The notes beneath the pieces are model-generated. The model ran no database searches and had not been told where the DNA came from. It saw only the letters and a program-made list of their open reading frames with translations. From Dehalococcoidia bacterium (lineage in GTDB: Bacteria > Chloroflexota > Dehalococcoidia > Lucifugimonadales > Lucifugimonadaceae), in contig OZ244903.1 in the NCBI GenBank assembly GCA_965221625.1, forward strand, positions 644,685 through 708,684: a stretch of DNA of 64,000 nucleotides, written 5' to 3'. The position numbers and the translations under genes were made by a program. This document shows positions 34,930-44,341 of the stretch, one piece after another; the stretch's first letter is position 1; each line of letters opens with the position of its first letter.

Positions 34930-37449
34930 TTACGAGAAGCGTGATACGGCACGCCCAATTGCACGTATCGCCTCTCGGCGCAACAGCCGGTGCTCGGGCA
35001 GTGTCAAGTCAGCGTCTCGCTTCAACAGACGGTCGGCGGTCGAACGCGCTTGTCCCAATAGTTCCAGATCGTCGAATCTAGCGAAACGCCATCCGCTCCA
35101 ACCGCTCTGGACTTCTGCGAGGTTTCGGCCCGGTCCGCGCAACTCGAGATCACGTTCCGCAAGCTTGAAACCGTCAGCATGTTCGACCAACGCGTTCAAT
35201 CGCATTTCTGCGTTTTCGCCATCGGTATCGGAAATCAATATGCATCTGCTTGCGTGTTCGCCTCTTCCGACTCGCCCGCGAATTTGGTGCAACTGCGACA
35301 GTCCGAATTGATGTGCCGACATGATAACCATGACGGTTGCGTTGGGAACGTCGACACCGACCTCGATAACCTGCGTTGCCGCCAAGACGTCAATATCGCC
35401 TTGCCTAAATCTGTCCATGACGCTTCGCTTTTCGGACAGACTCATCCTGCCATGGAGCATTCCGATCTTCAATTTCGGAAACACATCTGTCCGCAATCGC
35501 TCGTACTCCGTGGTGACGGGAACCGCGTCCAGAGTGTCAGACGGGTCGATTATCGGGCAGACGATGAATGCCTGGCGTCCTTTGCCAATCTCTGACCGCA
35601 CTGTCTGGTACGCTTCGTGGACGTCCATCGGCGTGCGCGCCCACACCGTCTCGATCGGGATTCGCCCGCGCGGCATGGTTCGGAGCGTCGAAAGCTCCAT
35701 CTCGCCGTACATCGTCATGTGCAACGTGCGTGGAATCGGAGTCGCCGACATCGAGAGCATGTGCGGGCGAGGGTTGCGATTGGTCAACACTGCGCGCTGT
35801 TCGGTTCCGAATCGATGTTGCTCATCGACGACAACCAGTGCCAGGTCCGCGAAGTCGACTCCTTCTTGCAGCAGAGCATGCGTGCCGACTACCAGATCCA
35901 CCTCTCCGGCAGCGCACATTTCTTGCATCAACCGTTTGTCACGCTCGCGCATGCTCCCTGTCAACAACCCGATCCTGACGTTGCGCCCACGCCCCGCAAC
36001 CTCGAATATCTGCGATTCGTACACCGGTCCGTAGGTGCTCATGGCTTCGGCACCCCTTAACTGCTCGAGCATGCTGAGGAAGTGCTGTTCCGCCAAGACC
36101 TCGGTCGGCACCATCATCGCCGATTGCTTGACGTTGCGACCGGAAACCGACAACATCGCGCCGATGGCAACCACCGTCTTCCCACTCCCGACTTCGCCTT
36201 GCAGCAAACGGGCCATCGCATGCTCTGCGCTCATGTCCGCCAGGATCCCATCGAGGCTTTCTTGCTGGTCGACGGTCAAAACGAAACCTAAAGACTCCAG
36301 ATACTGGTCGACCAACACCCGGTCTGGATCGATGTTGACGGCTTCGATCTCTTTGCGCCACCGTTCACGGCGGCGGATTGCGGCGATTTGGTTGTAAAGG
36401 AACTCGTCGAATGCCAACCTGCGTTTTGCTGCCCATAGTTGCTGGGCGCGCTGGTTGGCGTCGTTTGGCGGGCGGTGGATCGCAGTAATCGCATCTGCCA
36501 ACGGGATCAAACCATTCTTGGATATGAGATCTCGGGGCAGCGGGTCCTCGACCAACGGGATGCCGTTATCAAGGCATTGCATCACCCCATTCCGTACGGT
36601 GCGTTGGTTTAAGCCGGAGCTCAACGGGTAAACGGGCACCACCGCGCCAGCGTGGATATTGCCTCGCGGGTTCTCTCGACCTCCGCGCGTTACGTCGTCG
36701 TATTCTGGGTTCTCCATTGTGGGGCGACCGCGAAACTCGCTGATTTTGCCACTCACTACGATTCGGTCGCCACGTTGCCAACGGTCGGCGAGATACGGCA
36801 TGTTGAACCAAGTTATTGTCATCACCTCTGTGCCGTCAGAGATGCGGACGCGTGAGTGTCTGTTGCGACCGCCGAATCTCGAAACCTGCGAACTCAGCAC
36901 CTCGCCTACCACAGTGGCATCGTCGCCTACTGATAGTTCGAGGATTTTCGACGTTCGAGAATAGTCGATATGTCGCAGCGGGAAGTGTCGCAACACGTCG
37001 CCGAGAGTCGCCAGACCGAGTTGTTGAAATGCTTGTTTGGCGGCGCGATGCAAGAACCGCAGATCTGCGACTTCTCTGTCGAGGCCAGTCTTGGGAGACT
37101 TGCGTGACGGTTGGCTGCGAGTGGAGTTGGGTTGCCGACGCACTGGTCTGGGAGCGCGTGGCGTTTCTTTCGGTTTCGGAGTTTGAACCAGCGTTGCCGG
37201 ATGCGTGCTGCTCTGCAAAGTGTGCAAGACCGCCGTTCGCCAAGCCTTTCGTTCGCCGACGCTCAATGAGGAGTAACGTCGGCCATTCATCGGCGGAAGG
37301 TTGCGTACGGCGGCGAGACCAGACAGGTTACTCAGCATGCCGTCTAAACCGGAGCCGATGACGGCTCCGTTGTTGAATCCGAGGCGCGCTTCGAGATTGA
37401 GAACGTCGACTAGCGTTTTGGTTTGACGATCAGCATCTTGTTCGATCAT
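34930..37449 (-). CDS. recG: ATP-dependent DNA helicase RecG (with long N-terminal extension)
   Basis: Wedge/OB region, helicase motif I GEVGSGKT, DEQHRFG, SATPIPRT, and HQLRGRVGRG near the C-terminus. Confidence 0.92.
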   Translation of the reverse strand: MIEQDADRQTKTLVDVLNLEARLGFNNGAVIGSGLDGMLSNLSGLAAVRNLPPMNGRRYSSLSVGERKAWRTAVLHTLQSSTHPATLVQTPKPKETPRAPRPVRRQPNSTRSQPSRKSPKTGLDREVADLRFLHRAAKQAFQQLGLATLGDVLRHFPLRHIDYSRTSKILELSVGDDATVVGEVLSSQVSRFGGRNRHSRVRISDGTEVMTITWFNMPYLADRWQRGDRIVVSGKISEFRGRPTMENPEYDDVTRGGRENPRGNIHAGAVVPVYPLSSGLNQRTVRNGVMQCLDNGIPLVEDPLPRDLISKNGLIPLADAITAIHRPPNDANQRAQQLWAAKRRLAFDEFLYNQIAAIRRRERWRKEIEAVNIDPDRVLVDQYLESLGFVLTVDQQESLDGILADMSAEHAMARLLQGEVGSGKTVVAIGAMLSVSGRNVKQSAMMVPTEVLAEQHFLSMLEQLRGAEAMSTYGPVYESQIFEVAGRGRNVRIGLLTGSMRERDKRLMQEMCAAGEVDLVVGTHALLQEGVDFADLALVVVDEQHRFGTEQRAVLTNRNPRPHMLSMSATPIPRTLHMTMYGEMELSTLRTMPRGRIPIETVWARTPMDVHEAYQTVRSEIGKGRQAFIVCPIIDPSDTLDAVPVTTEYERLRTDVFPKLKIGMLHGRMSLSEKRSVMDRFRQGDIDVLAATQVIEVGVDVPNATVMVIMSAHQFGLSQLHQIRGRVGRGEHASRCILISDTDGENAEMRLNALVEHADGFKLAERDLELRGPGRNLAEVQSGWSGWRFARFDDLELLGQARSTADRLLKRDADLTLPEHRLLRREAIRAIGRAVSRFS

Positions 37450-37477
37450 GCCGACAAACGCCTATCGAGGCGAGCGT

Positions 37478-38326
37478 TCACCAAACCATTCCGACGCCGA
37501 TGGAGCCGGGTCCGAGATGTGCGCCCAGCGCGGTCCCCATGATTCCGCATATTGTTTCGCCGTCTGGGGTGACCAAATCTGAGAAATCATCCAACAATTC
37601 TCGCGCCTCATCTTCCGCGACGCCGCCAGTGTGCATCGCTGCCAAACCGCTCAGCGGTGCCCGTTCCTCGGCGACGGATCGCAACTTCGCAACCGCTTTC
37701 CGATGCGACCGCGGCTTTGCGACCACTTCGACAGCACCGTCTTCCATCGCGATGACAGGTCGGATGTGCAGAATGTTGCTGACGAGTGCACGGGCGCCAG
37801 TCAACCGACCGCCGCGTTGCAGGTACTCCAGAGACTCCGGAGTTCCCCCAAACCAGACCCGGGTCACGAGGTCCGAAGCTGCCGCGTGAACGTCAGCCAA
37901 GCTGCCACCGTCTTCAATCACTTTCTGAGCGCGCAGCACGATCCAACCGGTGCCCATCGAAACTGTCTTGGAGTCGACGAGTTTGATTCGCTCGCCACTG
38001 GGGTCGGCGAGTGCCGCGCCAGAAACCGCAGACGAGTATGTCCCGCTTACCGTTGACGAGATGTGGATCGAGACTATCGAGTCATGGGACGCTAAGAGTC
38101 GCTCGTACTCGGCTTGAAAATCCCCGGCCGAGGCTTGAGAAGTAGTGGGAAATACGTCCTTGTCGCGCTCCAAACGCTCGTAGAACTCGGACGTGGTGAT
38201 CGTCTTGCCGTCTCGAAACTCCTCTTCGCCGAATCTCACAAAGGAGGAAACCGCTGTGATGCCATGCTTGTCCAGCAATTCTTCGGGGATATCTGCCGGC
38301 GTATCCGTTACCAAAGCGATGCTCAT
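37478..38326 (-). CDS. DegV-family fatty-acid-binding protein
   Basis: IALVTD...D.P.E........V....V.F......D; TSQ.S.G.F; 282 aa is typical DegV length. Confidence 0.85.
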   Translation of the reverse strand: MSIALVTDTPADIPEELLDKHGITAVSSFVRFGEEEFRDGKTITTSEFYERLERDKDVFPTTSQASAGDFQAEYERLLASHDSIVSIHISSTVSGTYSSAVSGAALADPSGERIKLVDSKTVSMGTGWIVLRAQKVIEDGGSLADVHAAASDLVTRVWFGGTPESLEYLQRGGRLTGARALVSNILHIRPVIAMEDGAVEVVAKPRSHRKAVAKLRSVAEERAPLSGLAAMHTGGVAEDEARELLDDFSDLVTPDGETICGIMGTALGAHLGPGSIGVGMVW

Positions 38327-38483
38327 TTATCAACTCCTAGTACCACAAAGTGCGGCACGATTGTCTAGCTTTACTGCAACTAAGTTACACCATGCGCCAG
38401 TCTCAAGCAGAAGCGTTGGCTAACATCTTCAGTATCTGACGACGACACATCCAACTCCCAGCAAGTTCACGTAGACACTTTCG

Positions 38484-39851
38484 ATGCTGCGCATCCGACA
38501 ATTGCTTCCGGTCGGGGGAAGACGCTCGCTGAGTTACCGCGAGGTTGTCAAGGTGAGGCGCGCCAATCGGATGCGGCGCGGACGCTTGAAGCGATCGTTC
38601 GTAAGGTCGATGCTGTGGGTGCCCGGCATTTTCGTAGCAGCACTTGGCATCGTCGCCATCGCTCTGCCGGTTGGTGATCGTCGCGTCTTCACTCACGTCG
38701 AACTCGCAACCGCCGGAAGCCGGTACGATCTGACTTCGTTTGAGCTGCAGAACCTGCCGGATAAGTGGTTGCACAAGATCATTACGTCACTTCCGTGGAA
38801 TGCAATTGACGAGAAAGAGCATCGGCAGTTACTCGACCGATATCTGGCACTCGCTCCCGAGTTGCGGGTTGCACGATCCGAGCTTGAGAATGCACTCGCG
38901 GTGCGTGATCCGATCCTTATTGCCAAGGCCCAGTTGAGGCTTGACTCGCTCATCGCAGAGCGTAACGAATTCCGCGATCCAGTAGAGGAGTTCCTTGAGT
39001 CGGCTATCTCTGCCCAGATCGTCGAGTTGAATCTCCACAAGTTCGGAGATTTCATTTGGCCGCCGGTCGATTTTCGGATAGATGATGCCCCGCATCTGCT
39101 GGTTACCTCGCTTAGGAATGTAATCGAGCGAAAAAACTCGATTCTCCTGTCGCCGGTCATGGACGAACCGACAAAACTCGCTATTGAAAATCAGATTGTC
39201 GAGAGTGCGGATCTATCGGCCGCGGTTTTTCCCATCGGAGGTCTCGCGTCTTTCCCGAATTTGGTAACTCACAGCTACGATCTAACTTCGCTTCTTGAGA
39301 TCGCAGCCCACGAGTGGATCCATGCATATCTGCTATTTCAACCTCTCGGTCGTGCTTACTGGGCGAACGGCGACATGACTTCGCTCAACGAGACGCTCGC
39401 AACCATTGCTGGCGATGAAATCGGTCGGATGGCATACAACTACATCACCGGCGAAGCGATCGAGACGTCGGTAAAGCCGCGTTTCAAAGACGAAGCGGAG
39501 GAGATCGAAATCGATCCTGATGCGTTCGACTTCAATCGTTTCATGCGCGAAACCCGGGTGCAAACCGATGAACTCCTCGAACGCGGCGAGATTTTGGAGG
39601 CTGAGGAGTACATGGAGCGACGGCAAGTGGAACTGATCGACCATGGATACAACATCCGCAAACTGAATCAGGCTTACTTTGCGTTCTATGGCACATATGC
39701 CACGGGTCCGGCATCGACAAGCCCTTTGGCCCGGCAGCTGTGGGAGTTGCGGGTCCAATCGGATAACGCGGGACATTTCATCAAGACGCTACAGACGATC
39801 TCGAACTACGACCAATTCCTTGAGCTGTTAGAGCAGCGCGAAATAGATTGA
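38484..39851 (+). CDS. Membrane-anchored hypothetical protein with gluzincin-like HExxH...NE signature
   Basis: N-terminal TM helix MLWVPGIFVAALGIVAIALPV. AAHEWIHAYL followed 23 residues later by NETLA. The start codon is uncertain (several in-frame Met in the first 45 codons). Confidence 0.5.
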   Translation: MLRIRQLLPVGGRRSLSYREVVKVRRANRMRRGRLKRSFVRSMLWVPGIFVAALGIVAIALPVGDRRVFTHVELATAGSRYDLTSFELQNLPDKWLHKIITSLPWNAIDEKEHRQLLDRYLALAPELRVARSELENALAVRDPILIAKAQLRLDSLIAERNEFRDPVEEFLESAISAQIVELNLHKFGDFIWPPVDFRIDDAPHLLVTSLRNVIERKNSILLSPVMDEPTKLAIENQIVESADLSAAVFPIGGLASFPNLVTHSYDLTSLLEIAAHEWIHAYLLFQPLGRAYWANGDMTSLNETLATIAGDEIGRMAYNYITGEAIETSVKPRFKDEAEEIEIDPDAFDFNRFMRETRVQTDELLERGEILEAEEYMERRQVELIDHGYNIRKLNQAYFAFYGTYATGPASTSPLARQLWELRVQSDNAGHFIKTLQTISNYDQFLELLEQREID

Positions 39852-39870
39852 GGTCCGCATCGGTGAGTCG

Positions 39871-40713
39871 ATGGGGTCCGAGATTAACGATAGACTTCAA
39901 TCAGGGGATCCAAGCAGCAGACTACGGAGATTTGCTATGCAGGAAGTAACTAGATCCAACAATGGCGCGCCAGGAGCGGCGATCATGTCCCTTGGGGATG
40001 CCGAGGCGAATCGTGCATCATCCGCCAGCCCCGCCGTCTGGTTGGCCGGTGACCCGGAGGACCTGAAGCCGTGGATGGAACGTGGTGCCGCCGGCATCGT
40101 GACCAATACTGTCGTGCTAAACGAGATGGTCCAGAAGTACGGACAGATGACAGACGTCATCCAGCGTTACCTTGACATCACTGACAAGAAGGTGGCGGTG
40201 GAGATAGACGGGCATTCGACGCAAGAGTTGCTTGACGTCGGTGAGGTGTTCACGAAGATGTCCGATCGCGTGATCCTTAAGGTCCCGTGCTCAGTGCATG
40301 CACTCGGTGCCTTTGCGGAGTTAAAAAAAGCAGGCGTCGAGACGTTCTGTACTACAGTGTTCACGCTCAACCAAGCGGTTGCGGTCGCCCAAGCCGGCGT
40401 GTCCCACGTTTTGCCGTTCTGCGAACCCTACCGCGATGTTTCCGGAGATCCGACGGCACTGATTCGCGACCTCAGAGACGTCTTCGCCGATTGGGCACAC
40501 CGGCCATACATCACTGCCGCTTTGGTTCGATCCACGGCTACCGCTGAAGCGGCACTGAGGGACGGTGCCGATGGGATTATCGTGTTTTGGCCCATTTTTG
40601 AAGAGATGCTACAGAGCAAACTCACCCACGAATGGAACACAATCTTCCTCAACGAGTGGGATGCCATGGACGATGCAGGACTATTGGAAGGCGTCCCATA
40701 TACGCGCCACTGA
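39871..40713 (+). CDS. Transaldolase / fructose-6-phosphate aldolase-family protein
   Basis: AAGIVTNTVVL; the Schiff-base Lys context ILKVP; AG.ETFCTTVF...QA..VAQAG..HVLPF is collinear with the TalC/FSA pattern. The N-terminal ~45 aa may not be translated. Confidence 0.7.
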   Translation: MGSEINDRLQSGDPSSRLRRFAMQEVTRSNNGAPGAAIMSLGDAEANRASSASPAVWLAGDPEDLKPWMERGAAGIVTNTVVLNEMVQKYGQMTDVIQRYLDITDKKVAVEIDGHSTQELLDVGEVFTKMSDRVILKVPCSVHALGAFAELKKAGVETFCTTVFTLNQAVAVAQAGVSHVLPFCEPYRDVSGDPTALIRDLRDVFADWAHRPYITAALVRSTATAEAALRDGADGIIVFWPIFEEMLQSKLTHEWNTIFLNEWDAMDDAGLLEGVPYTRH

Positions 40714-40785
40714 TCGCAACACCGCAATCCCGCAATCGAAGCTTCGCGGCGGTTGGTAACCCCAAACGCTGAAAACGGACTCGCT

Positions 40786-41385
40786 TCAGTCGATTGAGTG
40801 CTCCATATGGAGGTATCCCTTCGATCCCGTTGCGAAGCGAACGAAAACGTCGTCGTGCTTGCTGAGGACCCGGTAGCCCAAGCGTTGGTATAGCAGTTGC
40901 GCGCCTTTGTTCTCCAAGATTACCCCGAGCGTCATTCGCTTCTTGCCCATCGCCATTGCGAGTTCCTTTGCCTTGAGCATCAATGCTGTCCCGACACCCA
41001 TTCCGCGTGTTGACGGCGAAACCACGATTGTCTCCAAGACGAATTGATCCGCCGCGACGCGGTCGTCAAGCATCAGCAGGTTAATCAACATCAATGTCGC
41101 GCGCACGGGATTGAATCGTCCCAACAGCGATCTGAAGCTAAGTCGGTAGAACTCACGCTTCGTAGTCCGGAACGTCAGCATCCCCAATAGGCGACCATCC
41201 TCAGACGCTGCGGTGATGCAGCTAGAACGATCGACCGCATCGGCGAACAATTGAACGTAGTCGTCGGCGTTGCGAAAACCGATCCTGAACTTCTTCGCGA
41301 ATGCCTCGTGAGCCATCCGCAACCCATCATCAACGAGACACTCGTCAATGCCGACCTCAACGATGACGTTTTGGATCGACGACAC
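40786..41385 (-). CDS. GNAT-family N-acetyltransferase
   Basis: Acetyl-CoA motif A: IVVSPSTRGMGVGTALM. A GTG at 41385 avoids the 47-nt overlap with fabI implied by the ORF-track start at 41451. No clear SD either way. Confidence 0.7.
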   Translation of the reverse strand: MSSIQNVIVEVGIDECLVDDGLRMAHEAFAKKFRIGFRNADDYVQLFADAVDRSSCITAASEDGRLLGMLTFRTTKREFYRLSFRSLLGRFNPVRATLMLINLLMLDDRVAADQFVLETIVVSPSTRGMGVGTALMLKAKELAMAMGKKRMTLGVILENKGAQLLYQRLGYRVLSKHDDVFVRFATGSKGYLHMEHSID

Positions 41386-41404
41386 CGGAGGGATGCGATT
41401 GACG

Positions 41405-42181
41405 CTACAGAGCGATGATGCCGTAACCGGCGTCGACGGGGATGACGGCACCGGTGATGCCGCTTGCCATTTCGCTCAACAGGAACAGAGCGGTGTCGCC
41501 AACTTCACGATGTGTGATGTTGCGCTGCAAAGGTGAGCGTTCACGGTGGGCGCGGGTCATCTCCCGGAACCCTGGAATACTGCGCGCGGCGAGGGTAGGC
41601 AGCGGGCCTGCCGAGATGGCATTCAACCGCACATTGCGGTCCCCGAACTCCGCCGCCAGTTGGCGGACTTCATTCTCCAAAGCAGCCTTAGCAGTCCCCA
41701 TGATGTTGTATCCGGGGTAGACCCGTTGCGATGCGTCGAACGTCATCGTCAATGCGGCACCACCGTTCGGCATCAGCGGCACGGCTTTGGAAACCACGGG
41801 CATCAGCGTATACGCACTCGTCTCCAGCGCGGTACGGAATCCTTGGCGTCCGGTAGTCGAAAAATCCCCGCCCAAGTCGTCGCGTTCGGCGTATGCGACG
41901 GAATGAACCACGAAGTCTATGTTGCCCCAACGATCGCCGATCTGGTTGTAAACGGATTGCACGTCGCCGTCATCGGTGGCATCGCACTCAATCAAAACCG
42001 GATCGTGCAGATCCGACAGAGTCTTCTGCACCGGTCCCAAGAGTCGTTCGTTGAGGTAGGTGAAGGCGAGTTCAGCACCAGCTTCGATAAGCTTTTCTGA
42101 GATTGCCCAGGCGATACTTCGCTGGTTCGCAACGCCGAAGACGACGCCCCTCTTGCCCGAAAGATCAATTTGAACCGCCAT
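41405..42181 (-). CDS. fabI: Enoyl-ACP reductase (NADH), FabI
   Basis: GKRGVVFGVAN.RSIAW, VHS.A, Y.....AKAALE catalytic Tyr/Lys spacing, NAISAGP..T.A. 258 aa. Confidence 0.92.
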   Translation of the reverse strand: MAVQIDLSGKRGVVFGVANQRSIAWAISEKLIEAGAELAFTYLNERLLGPVQKTLSDLHDPVLIECDATDDGDVQSVYNQIGDRWGNIDFVVHSVAYAERDDLGGDFSTTGRQGFRTALETSAYTLMPVVSKAVPLMPNGGAALTMTFDASQRVYPGYNIMGTAKAALENEVRQLAAEFGDRNVRLNAISAGPLPTLAARSIPGFREMTRAHRERSPLQRNITHREVGDTALFLLSEMASGITGAVIPVDAGYGIIAL

Positions 42182-42347
42182 CTAGCTCCTCGCCCTTAGT
42201 CTCCAATCTGCGAGCTACACCGAGATCGGTATCGCCAACCTAAGACTATAAACCGGCTGAGGGCACCGACCGGTGCGCGCTGGTTCAACGATAGCAATGG
42301 AGACTACAGATGGAAGCCTCCCCCTTCAAGGGTCGGATGCGCAGATT

Positions 42348-42364
42348 TTCACAGCATCTTCACA
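42348..42364 (+). promoter_or_regulatory. Direct hexamer repeat TTCACA-N5-TTCACA (response-regulator-type box, speculative)
   Basis: Exact hexamer repeat with 11-bp periodicity, ~113 nt upstream of the 42477 start codon, in a 295-nt intergenic region. Confidence 0.25.
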
Positions 42365-42476
42365 ATTTCTCGGATGGTTCTCCACATTCGAAACCTAAAA
42401 CTGAATCGTGAAGCAGACGGAAATGCCGTCCGCACGGAAACAGAAGACGGTCTAACGACCGCGTAAGGAAACGAAA

Positions 42477-43139
42477 ATGCCCAAACTTAGAAAGCTCAAG
42501 ATTCTCGTGGCGAGTGCCTCAATCGCAGTCATCGCCGTAGTCGGCACCACTGTTGGTGTAGTCGCGGCCCAGTCCGAAGAAGACGGTTCTTCCTCAACCT
42601 TTGCAGAACGAGTTGCCTCGATCTTGGGAGTCTCGACTTCTGAAGTCGAATCGGCCTTCGATCAGGCGAAGGATGCGATCCGAGACGAAGCGACGGCCAG
42701 CAAATTGGCCGCTTTGGTTGCAGCAGGGACAATCACACAAGAGGATTCCGATGCCATCACGGCGTGGCTCGAAGATCGTCCCGAGATCGCAATCGATAGC
42801 TCGGTTCACAGCGGTAAGTTTGGACGTTGGGGTCGAGGGCATGGCGGTCTTGGTCATGGACCATTTGGATTCGACAGCTCTGGTGACAGGCTCGCATCAT
42901 TGGTCGAGAAAGGCACCATCTCGCAGGAAGACGCAGAGTCGCTGACTGAGTGGTACGACGACGCGCCTGAAGTCGTATCTGAACTTGGCGGGAGTCACGG
43001 CAGTTCGAAGTTCAGTCACCGCGGAGGACACCGGTTCGGTGGATTTAAATCTCGCGGCGATCGGTTTGGCTGGTCGTCTCAGCAATCAGGATCGACTACC
43101 ACCGAGTCGACGCTAGATCCCGCTTCCTACTCGAACTGA
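42477..43139 (+). CDS. Secreted protein with two internal repeats and Gly/His/Arg-rich segments
   Basis: Signal-like N-terminus KILVASASIAVIAVVGTTVGVVAAQ. Repeats LAALVAAGTITQEDSDAITAWLEDRPE and LASLVEKGTISQEDAESLTEWYDDAPE, each followed by a GKFGRWGRGHGGLGHG- or SKFSHRGGHRFGGFKSRGDRFG-type segment. Confidence 0.6.
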   Translation: MPKLRKLKILVASASIAVIAVVGTTVGVVAAQSEEDGSSSTFAERVASILGVSTSEVESAFDQAKDAIRDEATASKLAALVAAGTITQEDSDAITAWLEDRPEIAIDSSVHSGKFGRWGRGHGGLGHGPFGFDSSGDRLASLVEKGTISQEDAESLTEWYDDAPEVVSELGGSHGSSKFSHRGGHRFGGFKSRGDRFGWSSQQSGSTTTESTLDPASYSN

Positions 43140-43167
43140 TCCAGTAACGAAGACTATCCCTCCATCC

Positions 43168-43197
43168 GAGACCGCCGGTTACCTCCCCGGCGGTCTC
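43168..43197. terminator. Strong hairpin between convergent genes (no clear U-tract)
   Basis: GAGACCGCCGG (43168-43178) pairs perfectly with CCGGCGGTCTC (43187-43197), with an 8-nt loop. Confidence 0.5.
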
Positions 43198-43231
43198 TAC
43201 GCGTCTGACCATTTCAGAACGACCTAAGCGA

Positions 43232-44308
43232 TTACGTTGTCACCTCGTAAGGCGAAACCGGTCGATTCTCCCTAGCCGCGAGCTGCCCGGCACGTGCAAA
43301 ACGATAAACCTCTCGGGATTCCTCCCCCGTCATCGTTGGAGCGTTGCCGTCACGAATGTTCTCTAAGAACTCAGCGGTGCATCGCACGAACGACATCCCC
43401 CAATCAACATCGATCTCGTCTTCGCTCACGCGCGTCATTACACCGTCGGCGTAAACGGCCAACGGCACTGTGTCGTACAGCATCTTCGCCGTGCATCGAT
43501 TTACCCAGATGATGCCCCGCGTGCCGCTGAGTTCGAACCACTCGTCGCCAGCGTAGTAGTCAGATCTGACGATCATCCGATCGTCGCCGTGCAACTCCCA
43601 AGATCCGTGACGTTTGCCACCTTCGTAAGTCCACGCCATCAACAACGGTGAATCGCGCTCGAACCCCATCTCGTTGATCGAAGTTCGGATCCACGCGAAC
43701 ACCTGTTCTGGCGATCCCAAGAACCACTTTGCCATCGCAAAGACGTGATAGCCGTAATCAAGGACTGCGTGACTGCCGCCACTAATGGCATCATCGGAAC
43801 GCCACTCCAATGACGCGTCCGGGATGTCCCAACCGTACCTCCTTGCGCCGTTGATCGTCTTGATGCGCATTGAGACGGGATCGCCGATGATGCCGTCGTC
43901 CAGCATCTGCTTGGCACGCACTAACGGTTCGTAGTACATGAAGTTCTCGAAGACGCGCAGATGGCCATTCGATTTCGACGCCGTTTCGACCATGGCGTCG
44001 CACTCTTGGAGCGTAATCGCCATCGGTTTCTGAACGCTTACGTGCTTGCCAGCATCAAGTGCGTCAATCACAATTTGGGCGTGCGACGAATGGGGCGTCA
44101 GAACCTCAACGGCGTCAATCTTCGGGTCTTCAAGCAGATCCCGATAGTCAGTGAAGCTGCGTTCGGCACCCCACTCCTGTGCCCGACTCGCGGCAACGCC
44201 GTCACCAGTGTCGGCGACCGCGTAGATGCGAGCGTCATCTCGGCCGAGATAACCGGGTGCATGCAAGTCGGCAATCTTGCCGGCACCTATGAAACCAACG
44301 TTGAGCAT
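43232..44308 (-). CDS. Gfo/Idh/MocA-family oxidoreductase
   Basis: N-terminal Rossmann motif VGFIGAGKIA and the EKP-like motif (VQKPMA). Confidence 0.85.
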   Translation of the reverse strand: MLNVGFIGAGKIADLHAPGYLGRDDARIYAVADTGDGVAASRAQEWGAERSFTDYRDLLEDPKIDAVEVLTPHSSHAQIVIDALDAGKHVSVQKPMAITLQECDAMVETASKSNGHLRVFENFMYYEPLVRAKQMLDDGIIGDPVSMRIKTINGARRYGWDIPDASLEWRSDDAISGGSHAVLDYGYHVFAMAKWFLGSPEQVFAWIRTSINEMGFERDSPLLMAWTYEGGKRHGSWELHGDDRMIVRSDYYAGDEWFELSGTRGIIWVNRCTAKMLYDTVPLAVYADGVMTRVSEDEIDVDWGMSFVRCTAEFLENIRDGNAPTMTGEESREVYRFARAGQLAARENRPVSPYEVTT

Positions 44309-44341
44309 AGAAAGCCTCCTACGCCGATTGCAGTCTCACTT

